Shown one piece after another: positions 36,558 through 38,969 of a stretch of DNA of 38,969 nucleotides (positions within the stretch are counted from its first letter, which is position 1; each line of letters opens with the position of its first letter). Made by a program: the position numbers and the translations under genes. Source of the stretch: Bacteroidota bacterium (GTDB lineage: Bacteria > Bacteroidota > Ignavibacteria > UBA10030 > UBA6906). The notes beneath the pieces were generated by a model. It worked only from the letters and a program-made list of their open reading frames with translations. It searched no databases and was not told the DNA's origin. The stretch is taken from NCBI GenBank assembly GCA_041493205.1, contig JBGPYM010000003.1, positions 1 through 38,969 on the forward strand, in the 5' to 3' direction.

Positions 36558-37678
36558 TGCAATCTTCGGGGGCCTCCGTATGTATCGATCAGGTCCACCC
36601 AGCCGTTGATGTGTTTGGCCTTGTTTAGGATTTTGCCTGTGTTGTCGGTGACATCGCCGTGGCACCCCTGGCATCCGCCGAGGTCAGTGATGACGTAATG
36701 TCCGGCGGGAACGTAGTTCCCCGGCGATCCGCCGTGGCAGCTGTAGCACTGGCCGGCCGATGCGTTCGCGTTCCAGGACGGTGCCGCCTTGGCGCCCACC
36801 ATCACACTGTCGGTGTAGAAGAGCGTAGGATCGATGACCGGCGGCACCGCGCGCACGGCAGTCGCCTTGCGGAGCTTCCAGTTCCCGTGGCAATACGTGT
36901 TGGCGCACGTGGGCGCCGTGTACGCCGGTGCCGGCCTGACGGTCCCGTCACCCGACACGTGGTTCGCAAGCGTGTCGTTAAACACGACATCCGCGGGAAG
37001 CGGACCGATATGTCCGGGGGAGTTCACAGACGCGGGGACCGTGTGACACTCCTGACACCGCACGGCATTTCCCGTCGTGCCCGTGACGAGATGTTTCTGG
37101 TGCGCGCCGACGGCGGACGTCGTCGTGGACGTATCGCCTGCAACGCTCTTCGGCGGTGCGGCCGAGAGGAGATACGCAAGGCCCGTCAGGCTGGCTGACG
37201 CGCGGAAATTGCCGTGACAGGTGTTGCACGACTCGGGCGACTTCAGGTTGCCTGATGCGTCGGCGTGGCAGCCCGCACGCTGGCAGGTGACGTCAGCGAT
37301 CGGCCCGCCGGTGTACGCGGGGCCATGGCACCCCCTGCACTCCACGAGCGGATCATTATGGGCGCGCATATAGTTCGTGTGCCGTCCGCCGGGAAACGCC
37401 GCTGAATGCGGGAAGGCAGGATGGCAGGTAAAGCACTGCACGCCGCTGGTGCCCCCGGAAAAATTCGCTCCGTGGCAGGTCTGGCATGCTGCGTCGTCCC
37501 ACGCCTTCGTTTTGAGGAACCTTCCGTGGAAATTCGCGTCGGCCGCTGTGACCCATCCCGGATCGTGCACCGTAACGGCTGACGACACCGGGAGGGGAAG
37601 ATCCGTTTTCAACTCGCTGCACGATGCCGCCAGCAGCGCGCCTGCACAGGCGAAGACAATCTTAGTTTTCATGGTCAT
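36554..37678 (-). CDS. Nonaheme c-type cytochrome lipoprotein with CxxxxCH/CxxCH motifs
   Basis: Lipobox-like LLAASC; 7 CxxCH (CQTCH, CFTCH, CRGCH, CNTCH, CQECH, CYSCH, CQGCH) and 2 CxxxxCH (CQRAGCH, CANTYCH). Start 37678, 37672 or 37687. Confidence 0.9.
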   Translation of the reverse strand: MTMKTKIVFACAGALLAASCSELKTDLPLPVSSAVTVHDPGWVTAADANFHGRFLKTKAWDDAACQTCHGANFSGGTSGVQCFTCHPAFPHSAAFPGGRHTNYMRAHNDPLVECRGCHGPAYTGGPIADVTCQRAGCHADASGNLKSPESCNTCHGNFRASASLTGLAYLLSAAPPKSVAGDTSTTTSAVGAHQKHLVTGTTGNAVRCQECHTVPASVNSPGHIGPLPADVVFNDTLANHVSGDGTVRPAPAYTAPTCANTYCHGNWKLRKATAVRAVPPVIDPTLFYTDSVMVGAKAAPSWNANASAGQCYSCHGGSPGNYVPAGHYVITDLGGCQGCHGDVTDNTGKILNKAKHINGWVDLIDTYGGPRRLQ

Positions 37679-37686
37679 CTCTCTCA

Positions 37687-38904
37687 TTACTTGGTTCCGT
37701 GGCAATACCCGCAGAAGCCCCTGCCCGCAACGCCTGACGGGCGCGCATTCATATCCGTGTGGCACGCATAGCAGGTGGCCCCTGCATCACGATGCCACGA
37801 TCCATCCTCCTGATCCTTCATAAACCCGCCCGGATGTGTCTTCGGGTCGGTGCCTTTGATGCCGTCGGCATCCACGTGGCAGGTGAGGCAGACCGGATCT
37901 CCCCCCCGCACGTCATGGCAGCTCATGCAGCTTTCGATGTCACGCCGCGCAAGGGTCGCGTGGCTACCGCCGCCTGACCCGACCCCGATGGTGGTGAATC
38001 CCGCGCCGAGGTGGGACCCCGGCCGCGCGCCTGGCATGAGGTTGTCGCCTTCCGCGTGACATTCCGCGCAGAAGGTCTGGGCCGAGTGACAGCTAAAGCA
38101 ATCGGACGTCTTCGCCTTCGCATCGACGCCGTGAGTGTACCGGTAGTTCATGGAGTGCACCATCTGCAGGGTCATCGTTCGCGGCCCATCCGCGCCCGCG
38201 GACGTCCGCGGTGCGGGGTCGGTCATCAGCGCACTTTTCCCCATCTGGATGAACGCCGAGGCGCCATGGCAGTCGGCGCAGAAATTCTGCGTGTGGCACG
38301 TCGCGCAGCTCACATCCAGCGCGCCCAGCCGCGTCCGCTGGCGGTGTTCCTTCTTGAAATCCGGTACCAGGTGATCCTGCGGAATCAGGTTCGTGAAGCT
38401 GGTATGGCAGGCTTCGCACGTGCTGGTCGCCGCGGTGTTGTTATGGCACGAGGTACAGGCGGTCATTGCGGGCATGTTGGCGGTTCCGGCAAGCTCGACC
38501 TTGTCGAGTCCGGCGTGGCACGTGACGCATTCGACCCCCTTCATCGCAGTGTGCTGCGCGTGCGAAAAGAGGATGGTGCGTGCCGGCATGGCCGCCGCCT
38601 TGATATCGACGGTATCCCTGTGGCAGTAGTTGCAGGTGGTTTTAACCTGCTCTTCGTGGCACCCGTTGCAGTTTTCATGGGTGGGGCGAAGGTTGTCGGC
38701 GGAGGCGGCGCTGGTGAGTCCACCCTTGTGGCAGTCGGCGCATGCCACCCCTGCCTGGGTGATATGCAGCGCGTGCGAGAACTTCAGCGCCTTCGCGTCG
38801 TCGTTCTCAGTCCAACTATCCGGTGCCGCAGTTTTGCGCGCAACCGCGGTGAGAAGCGCACCGGCGAGCACCAGCGCGATAAGTATCAGCGTGCGTCGAT
38901 TCAT
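37687..38904 (-). CDS. 14-heme periplasmic c-type cytochrome (c3/c7-like N-terminal repeats)
   Basis: Signal peptide; 14 CxxCH counted; two FSHxxH...CxxCH c3/c7-type units, followed by paired CxxCH-x4/5-FCxxCH units. Confidence 0.92.
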   Translation of the reverse strand: MNRRTLILIALVLAGALLTAVARKTAAPDSWTENDDAKALKFSHALHITQAGVACADCHKGGLTSAASADNLRPTHENCNGCHEEQVKTTCNYCHRDTVDIKAAAMPARTILFSHAQHTAMKGVECVTCHAGLDKVELAGTANMPAMTACTSCHNNTAATSTCEACHTSFTNLIPQDHLVPDFKKEHRQRTRLGALDVSCATCHTQNFCADCHGASAFIQMGKSALMTDPAPRTSAGADGPRTMTLQMVHSMNYRYTHGVDAKAKTSDCFSCHSAQTFCAECHAEGDNLMPGARPGSHLGAGFTTIGVGSGGGSHATLARRDIESCMSCHDVRGGDPVCLTCHVDADGIKGTDPKTHPGGFMKDQEDGSWHRDAGATCYACHTDMNARPSGVAGRGFCGYCHGTK

Positions 38905-38969
38905 TACTTCACCTCCTGGGCAAAGAGCGACAGGCGTTCGGCAAACCAGTAGTTCAGTCGTACCTGGAG
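38904..38969 (-). CDS. 3' end of an upstream gene, possibly an outer-membrane beta-barrel
   Basis: Open frame LQVRLNYWFAERLSLFAQEVK*, with TAATG overlap into the cytochrome start. RLNYWF resembles a terminal beta-strand, but only 21 codons are visible. Confidence 0.5.
   Translation of the reverse strand, partial: LQVRLNYWFAERLSLFAQEVK

Overview
High-GC (roughly 60% by eye) bacterial DNA with about 32 genes, all on the minus strand. T9SS C-terminal sorting domains, a PorV-like barrel, CcmF and a SusD-less TonB-dependent receptor suggest an Ignavibacteria-like FCB-group organism (inference). Three blocks. (1) 1-19166: a LacI-controlled glycan-utilisation locus, probably for beta-1,2-glucan: LacI, secreted tandem CBM9-like protein, TonB-dependent receptor, ~1080-aa atypical T9SS-like cargo, PorV-like barrel, Cgs-type GH94, two GH144, GH2 and a truncated GH3. 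It has a perfect TTGACA-17-TATAAT promoter and a perfect 18-bp LacI operator. (2) 19259-35958: an anaerobic-metabolism region: ccmF, ferredoxin, Acg, methionine gamma-lyase, CoA-transferase, a four-subunit 2-oxoacid:ferredoxin oxidoreductase, two half-ferritin ORFs, an unusual (homo)isocitrate-type dehydrogenase / HMG-CoA-lyase-like / CoA-transferase III / LeuCD-like cassette, OsmC and hemN. hemN and ccmF share a sigma54 promoter plus a 16-bp palindrome at identical spacing. (3) 36010-38969: a 14-heme and a 9-heme cytochrome behind a probable beta-barrel gene end, a duplicated CX2CX8CX7C protein and clusters of GTAG-type REP hairpins. All calls come from motif recognition only; no database searches were run.
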